From Promethearchaeia archaeon (GTDB lineage Archaea; Asgardarchaeota; Lokiarchaeia; Sigyniarchaeales; SOKP01): a stretch of DNA of 64,000 nt. Both the position numbers and the translations under genes were made by a program. This document shows positions 10,635 through 20,061 of this stretch, one piece after another. The stretch lies in NCBI GenBank assembly GCA_029856045.1, contig JAHQWG010000028.1, positions 64,001 through 128,000 of the forward strand, given 5' to 3'. The notes below the pieces were generated by a model. That model was not told the DNA's origin. It saw only the letters and a list, made by a program, of their open reading frames with translations, and did no database searches. Positions within the stretch are counted from its first letter, which is position 1; every line of letters starts with the position of its first letter.

Positions 10635-11594
10635 GTGAATTATCTTTTGACGCCAGTTGATAAAGAACATAAAAAGAGACCAAGATATATTTCAATACTT
10701 CGTGTTACTATTCAGATTTTAAGCTTTTTTTTGATTAATTACATAATAATTGAATTAATTTTTCAAATTGATATGGATTTGTTTGAAGGATTAATTAAAA
10801 TCCTCCCCATTTTAAATTCCCCTCGAAATCCAATTTCGAATGGAGCTGGATTTGTGGAAGTTATTGTATACATGATTGGTCAAGCAGAATTTCCATTTTT
10901 AATAATTGGAGTACTGATATTAATATCTTTATTAAGTTCCCGTTTATTTTGTGGATTTATTTGTCCAGTTGGTTCAATTCAAGATTTTTTATCAATATTT
11001 CGTTCAAAGAAAAAACAATTCTCAAGAAAGACTCATAAATTTTTGACTCATATTAAGTTAGTTATATTATTAATCATAATTATTGCGATAATGGCTTTAG
11101 GTATTGCGAAAGTGATAAGCCCAATTTTTTATATCGATTATAAAAATAATTTAGGAGATTTTGCGGATAAACCGCTAGGTTATTTTTCTTTATCTGAATA
11201 TTTATTTGTTTTCCTCCCGGAAATAATTCAAGATATAATTAATTCTGGTGATATCTTAATTTTATTTAATGATTTTGTGACTTTTTTCATATTTTTCTTT
11301 TATATTATAATTCTAATATTTGCAGTGTATTATCCCAGAATGTATTGCAGATATATATGCCCATATGCGGCTTTAAGTTCACTATTTAGTGAATATTCTT
11401 TTTTGAAATTAGCACGTAATCCGGTAAAATGCGCGGGACGAAAAGAGTGTGGGATTTGCGAAAAAGTATGTCCAATGCAGATTAGAATTTTAGATGAAAA
11501 ATTTGAAGGCTTTACCGGGGGAGGGGAATGTATATTATGTTTGAAATGTGTTGAGAAGTGTCCTTTTAATGCTTTAAAATTAAAATTTGGTTAA
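10635..11594 (+). CDS. NapH/MauN-like membrane ferredoxin (4Fe-4S binding)
   Basis: TM helices with FCGFICP and YCRYICP; C-terminal CxxCxxxCP and CILCLKCVEKCP clusters. Confidence 0.85.
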   Translation: MNYLLTPVDKEHKKRPRYISILRVTIQILSFFLINYIIIELIFQIDMDLFEGLIKILPILNSPRNPISNGAGFVEVIVYMIGQAEFPFLIIGVLILISLLSSRLFCGFICPVGSIQDFLSIFRSKKKQFSRKTHKFLTHIKLVILLIIIIAIMALGIAKVISPIFYIDYKNNLGDFADKPLGYFSLSEYLFVFLPEIIQDIINSGDILILFNDFVTFFIFFFYIIILIFAVYYPRMYCRYICPYAALSSLFSEYSFLKLARNPVKCAGRKECGICEKVCPMQIRILDEKFEGFTGGGECILCLKCVEKCPFNALKLKFG

Positions 11595-11612
11595 TTTTTT
11601 AATTAGTATCTT

Positions 11613-12821
11613 TTACTTTTTCACACGTTCAGAAATTTCCTTGAAGTAACCATCACTCATACCTGCGATATAATCCCTCACGATCCAGCCAAGCCTATCT
11701 TGTTCCTTATACTTCTTATAATATTTTGAAAAATCTCTATCGTCTATATATTCTATATGGTCTTTAAAAATGGGTGATTCATGATTCTCCATTTTTAAAT
11801 CTTTTAAAGAGGATTCAAAAATCAAATTGAACTTGTCTCTTAACTTTTCTATAAAAGTCTTACCAGAATTATCTTTGATAGATAAATCCCTTCTTGAATA
11901 AATATAGTCGTAGTTAAATTGTTTTAACTCTTTAAGTGCTTTAAATATTTCGTCAGAATAACCAATATACCCCTCCTTATTCTCAAAACTAAAGTCTATT
12001 AGGTCTTTTATTAAAATATTCATTATTTTACGATTAGTGTCCCCAAGAACTTCTCTACAATTCTCGGGGATTTCAGAACGATTAATAAATTTTAAAAGAA
12101 TGGCATCCTCAATATCTTTCCCTATATAGGAAATTGTATCACAAAATCTAACAACAATACCTTCATAAGACATTGGTATCCTTTTTGTTTTATTTTCGTG
12201 AAAACAATCATTATATTCTTTAAAATGATCATCCCAAGTCTTTCCATTTATTTCCACGGGTTTTAGCCGTTTTTCATTAACTTCACCATCATGACATAAT
12301 ATACCATCTAGAACTTGTAATGTTAAATTTAATCCTTCTGCAGGTTTTGTTGGAAACCTCTTTTCTAGATAAAATAACCATCGAACTCCTTGAGCATTAT
12401 GTATAAAAGTGCCTAAACCGTATTTTTCAGTTATTTCATTTAGAATTTCTTCACCTAGATGTCCATAAGGAGTATGACCAATATCGTGCCCTAGAGCAAT
12501 GGCTTCAATCAAGTCTGTATTTAATGTTAAAATCCTACCAACTTGACGAGCAACTCTAGAAACTAAGGTAACATGTAGCGAACGGTGAGTAATATTAGCA
12601 TTATTTACTTCAAAGAATACTTGCGATTTATCTATATATCGGCTGAAGGAAAGGCTGTGTCCTATTCTATCTACGTCTCTAAAAAAAGGAGGTCTGATAT
12701 CTAAATCCTGATCTTTTTCTTCATAATATCTTGAGGCCATAGAATCTAGAATACCAAGTGGACCAACCGAATTATCTTTAGATAAACGAGCCTTAAATAG
12801 ATTGAATCTATCAATATCCAT
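11613..12821 (-). CDS. HD-domain dNTP triphosphohydrolase (dGTPase-like)
   Basis: FFRDVDRI, KSQVF, HRSLH, GHDIGHTPYGHLGE, HNAQG, DGILCHDG, DTISY, VRDYIAGMSD. Confidence 0.88.
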   Translation of the reverse strand: MDIDRFNLFKARLSKDNSVGPLGILDSMASRYYEEKDQDLDIRPPFFRDVDRIGHSLSFSRYIDKSQVFFEVNNANITHRSLHVTLVSRVARQVGRILTLNTDLIEAIALGHDIGHTPYGHLGEEILNEITEKYGLGTFIHNAQGVRWLFYLEKRFPTKPAEGLNLTLQVLDGILCHDGEVNEKRLKPVEINGKTWDDHFKEYNDCFHENKTKRIPMSYEGIVVRFCDTISYIGKDIEDAILLKFINRSEIPENCREVLGDTNRKIMNILIKDLIDFSFENKEGYIGYSDEIFKALKELKQFNYDYIYSRRDLSIKDNSGKTFIEKLRDKFNLIFESSLKDLKMENHESPIFKDHIEYIDDRDFSKYYKKYKEQDRLGWIVRDYIAGMSDGYFKEISERVKK

Positions 12822-12854
12822 AAAAAATTTGTAAAATTATTAATAATATTAAAT

Positions 12855-13043
12855 TTATTTTAATAATTCTTCATTTAAGTACTTTTCTTCATACCAATAC
12901 CAAAATTCAGGTAAATTCACATTTGGATCACAATTTTTATAACGCTCAAAATCTTCAAAAAATGGTTTATAAATAATGGTGCAAAATTTCTTATCTTTGC
13001 GGGTATTCTTTTGATAGTATGTGGCCCAGATTACGGTCTGCAT
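12855..13043 (-). CDS. Small hypothetical protein or gene fragment
   Basis: 62-aa ORF with protein-like composition filling the gap upstream of the HD gene. Confidence 0.35.
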   Translation of the reverse strand: MQTVIWATYYQKNTRKDKKFCTIIYKPFFEDFERYKNCDPNVNLPEFWYWYEEKYLNEELLK

Positions 13044-13076
13044 TACTTTAAAATAATTTAATTAAAAAGTAGGGAA

Positions 13077-13214
13077 AAATATAAAATAGAAGATAAATTA
13101 GGTTGGATTGTTAGAGATTATATTGCAGGAATGAGTGATGGATATTTTAAAGAAATGACAGAATGGGTTAAAAAAAAAATTAATGAGATTTTAACTATAA
13201 TTATTTATTATTAA
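13077..13214 (+). pseudogene. Start-less fragment homologous to the C-terminus of the neighbouring HD dGTPase-like gene, in inverted orientation
   Basis: Translates KYKIEDKLGWIVRDYIAGMSDGYFKEMTEWVKK versus KYKEQDRLGWIVRDYIAGMSDGYFKEISERVKK. In-frame TAA at 13059 and no start codon before the homology begins. Confidence 0.85.
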
Positions 13215-13287
13215 ATACAAAAATATGAAAAATAAAAGTTCGATAAAATTTTAATTTCATGTTAGATAATATTTAACGTAGATAATT

Positions 13288-13360
13288 AGCTCCGTAGTGT
13301 AGTGGCCAAGCATCTGGGGCTCTGAATCCTGGGACGGCGGTTCGAGTCCGCCCGGAGCTA
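13288..13360 (+). tRNA. tRNA-Gln (anticodon CUG), intronless, CCA not encoded
   Basis: Acceptor stem AGCTCCG/CGGAGCT + A (A1-U72 as in archaeal tRNA-Gln), D arm GTGTAGTGGCCAAGCAT, anticodon loop CT-CTG-AA, T arm GGCGG-TTCGAGT-CCGCC; followed by a T tract. Confidence 0.95.
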
Positions 13361-13468
13361 TTTTTTTGATTTGATAGAGATTAATATTAAATATCGACAA
13401 ATACATTAAAATAGTATAATCACTAATTAAGTATAAGAATACCAAAAAATATTAAAAAAATTATTAAA

Positions 13469-13885
13469 ATGCCAATTATTAGTTTTTCAGTTAATGATCA
13501 TTTGAAAAAATTTTTAAATAAATTAGTTACTAAAAAATATTATCCAAATCAGTCAAAAGTTATAAGAGACGCACTATTAAGGCTTATGTCAACAATGGAA
13601 ATTTCAGAAATCGATAGAGATGTAGTAATAGAAAAGATACAAAAGGATATAGTTGGAAACGCAATGATAGTGATAGAAAATGATGATGATCTAACAATTA
13701 AAAAAATTTCCAAGCTAGAAACTGATTTTAAAGAATCTATCGTAGGTAAATCTCAATTCTTATACTCTAAATATAAAACAATATTATTTGTTTTTGAAGG
13801 TGAGGTAGATAGTTTTCATAGTTTTATTTCAGAATTAAATGCTATTGAAAATTTAAAGAATTTTAGATACATAATTATTAGTTAA
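13469..13885 (+). CDS. Ribbon-helix-helix (CopG/NikR-like) transcription regulator
   Basis: MPIISFSV...YPNQSKVIRDAL RHH signature; C-terminal ACT-like domain without the NikR His ligands. Confidence 0.8.
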   Translation: MPIISFSVNDHLKKFLNKLVTKKYYPNQSKVIRDALLRLMSTMEISEIDRDVVIEKIQKDIVGNAMIVIENDDDLTIKKISKLETDFKESIVGKSQFLYSKYKTILFVFEGEVDSFHSFISELNAIENLKNFRYIIIS

Positions 13886-13900
13886 TCTAAAAGAAGAAAT

Positions 13901-16267
13901 TTAGAGTTTCATTGCCCTTCCTATAACATTTTTAAAATTTTCTATGTCATCGGCTAATTTTTCCGCATCATCATCATTAATATTATCTTCTTTACTGTAT
14001 TTATTTAAAGCCGTTAACCAAAACTCAATTCTATCTAAAACGGGGTGACTCTCTCCTAAAATTTTTCTTATTCTCACAAATGTATCTTGAAGCTTAATAC
14101 GGATATTATTTGCACGCCATTTTAACATACAATAATCAGAAATTTCCATTAAATTTTGAGTAATGACCATTATGTCAAGTGTTTTTTCACGTTCTTCAGA
14201 TTTTATTTTTCTAATAATATTTATTTGCTCAAATAAGATTTCAATAATTTTTGCTAACCAACCAGTTAATTGTCCGGGATTACCGCACCAAACTCTTAAT
14301 TCTAGTGATTGATTTTTAGCATTAATAAATATTCTAGTAATTATTCTCCCACCGGTTACTTTTGCTTCAGCACAATACCATGCTTCAGCTTGGTAATTAT
14401 CATCATGCCCGTCTTCATGAGAAGTAACAATGGTAGTTTCAAAACTTTTTAGAGTTCTTTGGGCAGCTCTGAAAGCCAACCGAGGATCGAGATCGGCAAT
14501 CATAAATGCTCTTGCATCACTCGGTAGGTCTTGGATCGCTAATTGACAATCTTCCACATTGTCGAGAGTAGCGATGACTAATGGACATTTTATTTGCACA
14601 TTTTTTTTCTTGAGATATATGGTTTTTTTTTCACCTTTTGGAGACTTATAGATAACTGTTCCACCGATTGAAGATATTCCACATTCACGGGGTTCTAGGT
14701 AAAAATCAACTCCTCTTGAGTTATTAGGTTCAATTACAGGAATTGAAATTATTTCATTTTTTATATTATAACTAGAAGGGGCATCAAGTATAATCTTAAT
14801 AGAGTGAATTGCCACATCATTATGATTTCGAACTACTATTTTAAAGTGTAATTGACCTCCTTGAAAATCATATTCTCTAAGAACTTCAACCTTATCAGAT
14901 AACTTTAAGTCATCAGTTGGAATCTCATCTAATTTTATTGAATATTGAGATGGGATGGGAGTTACTTTTTCAAGAATGAACATTTTATTTAAAGAATCAA
15001 TATATCCTTCAATGGAGCCCCGTGATATCAGAATTGCTAATTTTTCCTCAATATTTGACTCAGTTATTCCTAAACGTCTCGCTAATTCTGTTAATGAAAT
15101 TTTCCTATAAACTTTAGTTACTTCTTTTATTTTGATTTCTAAGTGTTTTTGAGTCATAAATTCTCTTCTCTGAGTAAATACACCCTTAAGTTCTCCACTT
15201 TGTATAAGATTAAATAAAGTTCTCCGATTTAATTCCACAGCGATTTTAAGATCTTCTGAAATTTTATTAAGTTTAAAAATTCCTTTATCTTTTGCATATT
15301 CCTTTATTTCAATATTTAATTGATTTTGGGTGATTATTTCTTTTCCTTTATCTGCAAAAAAAGCAAATAACTTCTCTAATTTCATTAGATTTACGCAAAA
15401 ATTTTTAATATTTTCTTGAGGTAAATCTAATTCTTCACTAAGTTTTATTATTGAAATTCTGCCCTTTAAATTAATAATATCAATTATTTTATCGAAGATA
15501 TATTGTTTAGTATAATATTTCTGCTTGCTTATCGTAAAAGAACCTTTGATTTTATATTCCTTAATCAACTTTAAGATTAATTTTATTATATTATCAGAAC
15601 TCATATCTAACATTGAAGATAGATTTTGATTCTCAATAATTCCATCTTCTTCAATTTTTGAAACAATTTTTTGTTTGATTTCTGATGAGATATAATAAAA
15701 TAAATTATGAATATTATCGGTAATTCCATAAACTTTATTTTCATTAATAAAATTTTTAATAATTCCAACAATCTCGTCTGAACTGACGTTAAACATTGTT
15801 GATAACGTAGTAAAATTAGTAATTGAGGCACTTTTTAATACTGCTAAAAGACATTGGGGGCATACTTCCTTACCTTCGAATTTTCTTAATTTTTTATTGC
15901 ATACTTCATCAAATTTTATTATACCAAGTCTTTTTGCATCTCTAAGAACTCTTTCTTTATAAGGATAAAATATTCCAGGAGATTTTAAATACGAATTCCA
16001 TCCACATTTTTTATCAGTGCATTTTAAATAGAATTGACCAGATGATAATCTATCTAACTGTAGTAGCGCTTTACATTCAGGACATGAACTTCTTTCTATT
16101 ATGGAACAGCGATATCTTAGATCTTTAGCATTAACTCGTGAATAATATAAATTATGATCTTTACAATACCATTTCTCTGTACTAATCACATGGTTTATGC
16201 AAAAGGAAGCTCCACACTTCTCACAAGTAAATACTACGTTTTCATCTTCACAAAATTCGCATTTCAT
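13901..16267 (-). CDS. Multidomain protein: Zn fingers, tandem winged helices/PCI, Ig-like beta-sandwich plus platform domain
   Basis: N-terminal CEFC/CEKC/CINH/CPEC motifs; repeated G-x-I-x-x-x-x-L-S-x-x-L units; PCI-like YRKISLTELARRLG...GSIEGYID; beta-rich FKIVVRN...VDFYLEP domain. Confidence 0.75.
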   Translation of the reverse strand: MKCEFCEDENVVFTCEKCGASFCINHVISTEKWYCKDHNLYYSRVNAKDLRYRCSIIERSSCPECKALLQLDRLSSGQFYLKCTDKKCGWNSYLKSPGIFYPYKERVLRDAKRLGIIKFDEVCNKKLRKFEGKEVCPQCLLAVLKSASITNFTTLSTMFNVSSDEIVGIIKNFINENKVYGITDNIHNLFYYISSEIKQKIVSKIEEDGIIENQNLSSMLDMSSDNIIKLILKLIKEYKIKGSFTISKQKYYTKQYIFDKIIDIINLKGRISIIKLSEELDLPQENIKNFCVNLMKLEKLFAFFADKGKEIITQNQLNIEIKEYAKDKGIFKLNKISEDLKIAVELNRRTLFNLIQSGELKGVFTQRREFMTQKHLEIKIKEVTKVYRKISLTELARRLGITESNIEEKLAILISRGSIEGYIDSLNKMFILEKVTPIPSQYSIKLDEIPTDDLKLSDKVEVLREYDFQGGQLHFKIVVRNHNDVAIHSIKIILDAPSSYNIKNEIISIPVIEPNNSRGVDFYLEPRECGISSIGGTVIYKSPKGEKKTIYLKKKNVQIKCPLVIATLDNVEDCQLAIQDLPSDARAFMIADLDPRLAFRAAQRTLKSFETTIVTSHEDGHDDNYQAEAWYCAEAKVTGGRIITRIFINAKNQSLELRVWCGNPGQLTGWLAKIIEILFEQINIIRKIKSEEREKTLDIMVITQNLMEISDYCMLKWRANNIRIKLQDTFVRIRKILGESHPVLDRIEFWLTALNKYSKEDNINDDDAEKLADDIENFKNVIGRAMKL

Positions 16268-16393
16268 TTTTTAAAAACTATTCTTCTTTTAGTAAAGATA
16301 TATATTGCATTATTAAAAATTTTTATAGTCCAATAATTATTATTTAGAAATTTAACCTACAATATGAAAAAAAGAAGTTGGTAATTTATACTC

Positions 16394-17086
16394 CTAAATG
16401 ATAGGAAAAATATCAATTTGAAATATTGAAAGAATTAATATCACAATATTAAAAAAAATTATCAAAATAATCATTATTAGAGAAACTTTATTGGATCTTT
16501 GAGTTTCTATCCTTCTTCTTCTTGAACCAAATTCGCTTATAATTGCTAAAGGGAACAATCCAAGAAATGTGCCTAAAGAAAAGGATAAGATTGTTAACAA
16601 TCCACTTATTAAGCCGTAGCTTAATGTCCAAGTAAAACATTGAGTATAAATTATTATTTCAAATATACATGGGGGAATACCAGCTAAAATCCCAATGATA
16701 TAAGGTGTTCTTTTTCTTTTCCAATCAATATCCATCTTTAATTCATCAGCATATCTAGAATGAGGGGCATAATGGTGAGTAATAATATAAATCAACATAT
16801 AAACTGATACTACACAGCTTATTAATGCCCCGAAAAAATTATTAACATAATTTTCTGTAGGAATCAATGTAAAAATTAAACTAAATAATGAAGTAAGTGT
16901 GCCAATAAGCACATTAGCTGTCATTAGTCCAGCACCATATATTATTAAAGTTATCATACTACTTTTCCAATCCTTACTTATACCAAATGACCAAAAACAA
17001 AAAATTGCTTTATCTTCACACGGCATAATTGTATGTAATAAGCCTATGACAAAAGCTGGCCATAATACAAGCAGTTGTTCAAGAAT
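16394..17086 (-). CDS. Multi-pass membrane protein (LysE superfamily: NiCoT/DsbD_2/TauE-like); probable non-canonical start upstream of ATG 17026
   Basis: The frame is open upstream to 17110 and adds a TM helix plus GLLHTIMPC; second motif GILAGIPPC; about six TM helices. The start position is uncertain. Confidence 0.6.
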   Translation of the reverse strand: MLEQLLVLWPAFVIGLLHTIMPCEDKAIFCFWSFGISKDWKSSMITLIIYGAGLMTANVLIGTLTSLFSLIFTLIPTENYVNNFFGALISCVVSVYMLIYIITHHYAPHSRYADELKMDIDWKRKRTPYIIGILAGIPPCIFEIIIYTQCFTWTLSYGLISGLLTILSFSLGTFLGLFPLAIISEFGSRRRRIETQRSNKVSLIMIILIIFFNIVILILSIFQIDIFPII

Positions 17087-17253
17087 CTTGGATTCCCCTG
17101 AAAAGAAATGTTAAGTTAATATTTAATATATAGATTTGTATCTTCCTTATTTTAAATTTTATATTTAATATTAAGATCTGTTTATTTATTATTATTATTT
17201 TATCTAATTGCCTTTATGATCGAAGAATCTCTTAATAAAATTTTTTGTGATAA

Positions 17254-18519
17254 TTATAACTGATTTCTTCCATTTTTCTTTAATGCAAATTTAATTAATC
17301 CATAGAAACATAATAGTAAGAATATAGTTGGAATAAAATTATAAGGAAATAGGTCGTGAATCAGATACCAGAGACCAGTAAAAAGCATACTAAAAAAACT
17401 CAATCCAAAGAAACCGGGTTTTACATATTTTTTAAAGATTAAAGGGCTATTTGAGGAATAAAAGAATGTGATTGATAAAATTGGTACCAAAATTACAAGG
17501 TGATGGTCCCAACTATCAAAATAAACTAATAACATAATTACTAATCCAAAACTAAAAGCATGAGTTATATCAAATTGTGGATTAACCTTTATAAAATATA
17601 TGAAAATACCAAATATGCCAATTAACATAAAAATTACAAAAAAAACTATAAAAGAACTGCTAGAAATTCCACTTAAATTAAGTGCATTTAAAACCAATCG
17701 CGTAATACTAAATGAATGATTTACAATTTCTGGGGTTGAACCTAAAAAATTTACTTCTAAAAAGCCATTCCATAAACTTGGAATAAATATGAAAAATAAA
17801 ATATTGAAACTTAATGGGAATATAACACCAATCAATCTCAGTATGCTTCTAAAGAAATCAATATTAATTTTTTTATTTTTTAAGTCAATTTTTATTAATA
17901 ATAAAAAAGGAACTATGAAAACTGTTATTGGTTTTATAATTATACTTATTCCTAAGCAAATACCTCCAAGAATTTCCATAAAAAGCGATGTTTTTGTTTT
18001 AAAAAAATAAATCGAAATTAATAGAAAAAAAGTAACAAAAAGGTTGATTTGTCCAAGAATATAATTAATTGAATGCGGAATAATTAAGAGAAAAATGCTA
18101 ATATAAAGAATTACTCTTTTCTTATCCAAGTCTTCAACATTGGAATTTACTGAAATGCATTTAACCATTAATACACAAATCGAATAGGTAGTAATTAAAT
18201 TCAATAATTGGAATCCAATAAAACCTAAATCATAACCTAATAAATAAAATGGGACAAAAATAAATGCGGAGAGCGGAAAATACCTGAACGGCCAATCATA
18301 ATTTGCCTCATTATATAAGTCTGGGAGGTTAGTGATCACCTGTTTTCCTACATTATAATACGTTAAGAAATCGTTTTGATTATGTAAAATAGTAAAAAAT
18401 AATATTAGAGAAAGAGCAAAATAAAATAAATGTATAAAAAATGCGATTTTAAATAATTTTTCATTCCAAAATTCTTTGAAGTTATTCTTTTTGTTTAATA
18501 GAAAAGATTTAAAATCCAT
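17254..18519 (-). CDS. GT-C membrane glycosyltransferase (GT87/DUF2029-like)
   Basis: NDFLTYY, PFRYFP, LGQIN, IKP, NHS and SWDHH motifs among many TM helices. Confidence 0.8.
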   Translation of the reverse strand: MDFKSFLLNKKNNFKEFWNEKLFKIAFFIHLFYFALSLILFFTILHNQNDFLTYYNVGKQVITNLPDLYNEANYDWPFRYFPLSAFIFVPFYLLGYDLGFIGFQLLNLITTYSICVLMVKCISVNSNVEDLDKKRVILYISIFLLIIPHSINYILGQINLFVTFFLLISIYFFKTKTSLFMEILGGICLGISIIIKPITVFIVPFLLLIKIDLKNKKINIDFFRSILRLIGVIFPLSFNILFFIFIPSLWNGFLEVNFLGSTPEIVNHSFSITRLVLNALNLSGISSSSFIVFFVIFMLIGIFGIFIYFIKVNPQFDITHAFSFGLVIMLLVYFDSWDHHLVILVPILSITFFYSSNSPLIFKKYVKPGFFGLSFFSMLFTGLWYLIHDLFPYNFIPTIFLLLCFYGLIKFALKKNGRNQL

Positions 18520-18592
18520 TAAGAAAATAGAAAATAATTTTTCAAAAAAGTCTTACTAAAATTTTTTAATTTTAAACTATAAAAGTTAAATT

Positions 18593-20032
18593 ATGTCATT
18601 AATCGATAAAAAAAGACAATTAATAAAAGTTACTTTTGGTGTAATAGTCGGAAATAGAGATGTTTTTCCAGACCAACTTGCAAAATCTGGTAGAGTAGAA
18701 ATTATTGAAGTTTTAAAAGAATTAGGTTGCGATTATGTCATTTTAAATGAAAAGGATACTAGATTTGGAGTTGTAGAAACCCTTTCAGACGCAAAAAAAT
18801 GTGCAAATTTATTTAAAGCCAATCGGGATAAGATTATGGGAATTATTGTTGTTTTACCTAATTTTGGTGATGAGAAAGGAGTTGCAAACTCTATAAAGAT
18901 GGCGGATCTAAATGTTCCGATATTAATTCAAGCCTCATCTGATGATATAAAACAAATGGATCGAAAATTTAGAAGAGATGCTTTTTGTGGGAAAATCTCA
19001 GTATGCAATAATCTATATCAGTATGGAATTCCCTTTACCTTAACAAAATCCCATACATGTCCGATTACTTCAAAAGAATTCAAGAATGATATCATAAAGT
19101 TTGAAGCAATCTGTAGAATCGTTCATAAAGTGAGAAATGCAAGATTGGGACAAATTGGAACAAGACCGGCGGCTTTCAATACGGTTCGATATAGTGAAAA
19201 GATCTTGGAAAAAAATGGAATTTCTATAGAACCAATAGATTTATCAGAAATTCTGGCTGCAATAAATAACTTAAGCAATGATGATTTAGATGTAAAAGAG
19301 ACAGTGGAGTATATAAAAAACTATACAGAAACTAAGATATTCCCTGAAGAAGGTATAATAAAATTAGCCAAATTAACAGTAGTTATAAAAAATTGGGTAA
19401 AGGAGAATGATTTAGATGGTTTTGCATTTCAATGTTGGCCTAGCATTCAAGATAATTTCGGTATTGTGCCTTGTGCAGTATTAAGTATGTTTAGTGAAGG
19501 ATTAATACCGGGGGCATGTGAAGTAGATATTTCTGGATTAATAGGAATGTTAATATTACAATTGGCTTCGAATAACCCTTCAGCAATATTAGATTGGAAT
19601 AATAATTATAAGTATGAAGAAGATAAAATGGTAACATTTCATTGTTCAAATCTACCGAGATCATTTTTAAAAGGAGCACAGATTACAACTCATCCAATTA
19701 TATCTGATGGAAAAGGAGCAGAAAAATCATTCGGCGCTATACAAGGTAGAATTCTTGCTGAATCTTGCACATTTCTTAGAATTGAAACCGATGATATCAA
19801 TGGAAAAATTAAATGTATATTAGGTGAAGGAAAATATACTGAAGATCCTTTACAAACTTTCGGAGGATATGGTGTTCTTCAAATTCCACATTTACAGAAA
19901 TTATTAAAAAAAATTTGCACGAGTGGATTTGCCCATCATGTTGCAGTTACCCTAAATAAAGTAGGAGATATAATAAATGAAGCAATAACCACATATTTAG
20001 GATGGGAAATTGATTATCACACAAAAGAGTAA
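18593..20032 (+). CDS. L-fucose/L-arabinose isomerase family protein
   Basis: NFGDE, RRDAFCGK, QCWP, ACEVD, FHCSN, FAHHVA. Confidence 0.85.
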   Translation: MSLIDKKRQLIKVTFGVIVGNRDVFPDQLAKSGRVEIIEVLKELGCDYVILNEKDTRFGVVETLSDAKKCANLFKANRDKIMGIIVVLPNFGDEKGVANSIKMADLNVPILIQASSDDIKQMDRKFRRDAFCGKISVCNNLYQYGIPFTLTKSHTCPITSKEFKNDIIKFEAICRIVHKVRNARLGQIGTRPAAFNTVRYSEKILEKNGISIEPIDLSEILAAINNLSNDDLDVKETVEYIKNYTETKIFPEEGIIKLAKLTVVIKNWVKENDLDGFAFQCWPSIQDNFGIVPCAVLSMFSEGLIPGACEVDISGLIGMLILQLASNNPSAILDWNNNYKYEEDKMVTFHCSNLPRSFLKGAQITTHPIISDGKGAEKSFGAIQGRILAESCTFLRIETDDINGKIKCILGEGKYTEDPLQTFGGYGVLQIPHLQKLLKKICTSGFAHHVAVTLNKVGDIINEAITTYLGWEIDYHTKE

Positions 20033-20061
20033 TAGTTTATTAGAAATTTATCCCATTTTTA

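Noticed and set aside
13288-13360. tRNA-Gln as an integration site
   Set aside because: No integrase and no repeat of the tRNA 3' end were seen in the window.
13257-13445. 62-aa minus-strand ORF
   Set aside because: It is the antisense reading of tRNA-Gln.
17095-17120. Minus-strand CTTAAC + pyrimidine tract + CAG|G resembling a spliceosomal acceptor
   Set aside because: No upstream exon or donor was found, the context is archaeal, and such strings are expected in AT-rich DNA; an ATT start explains the gene.
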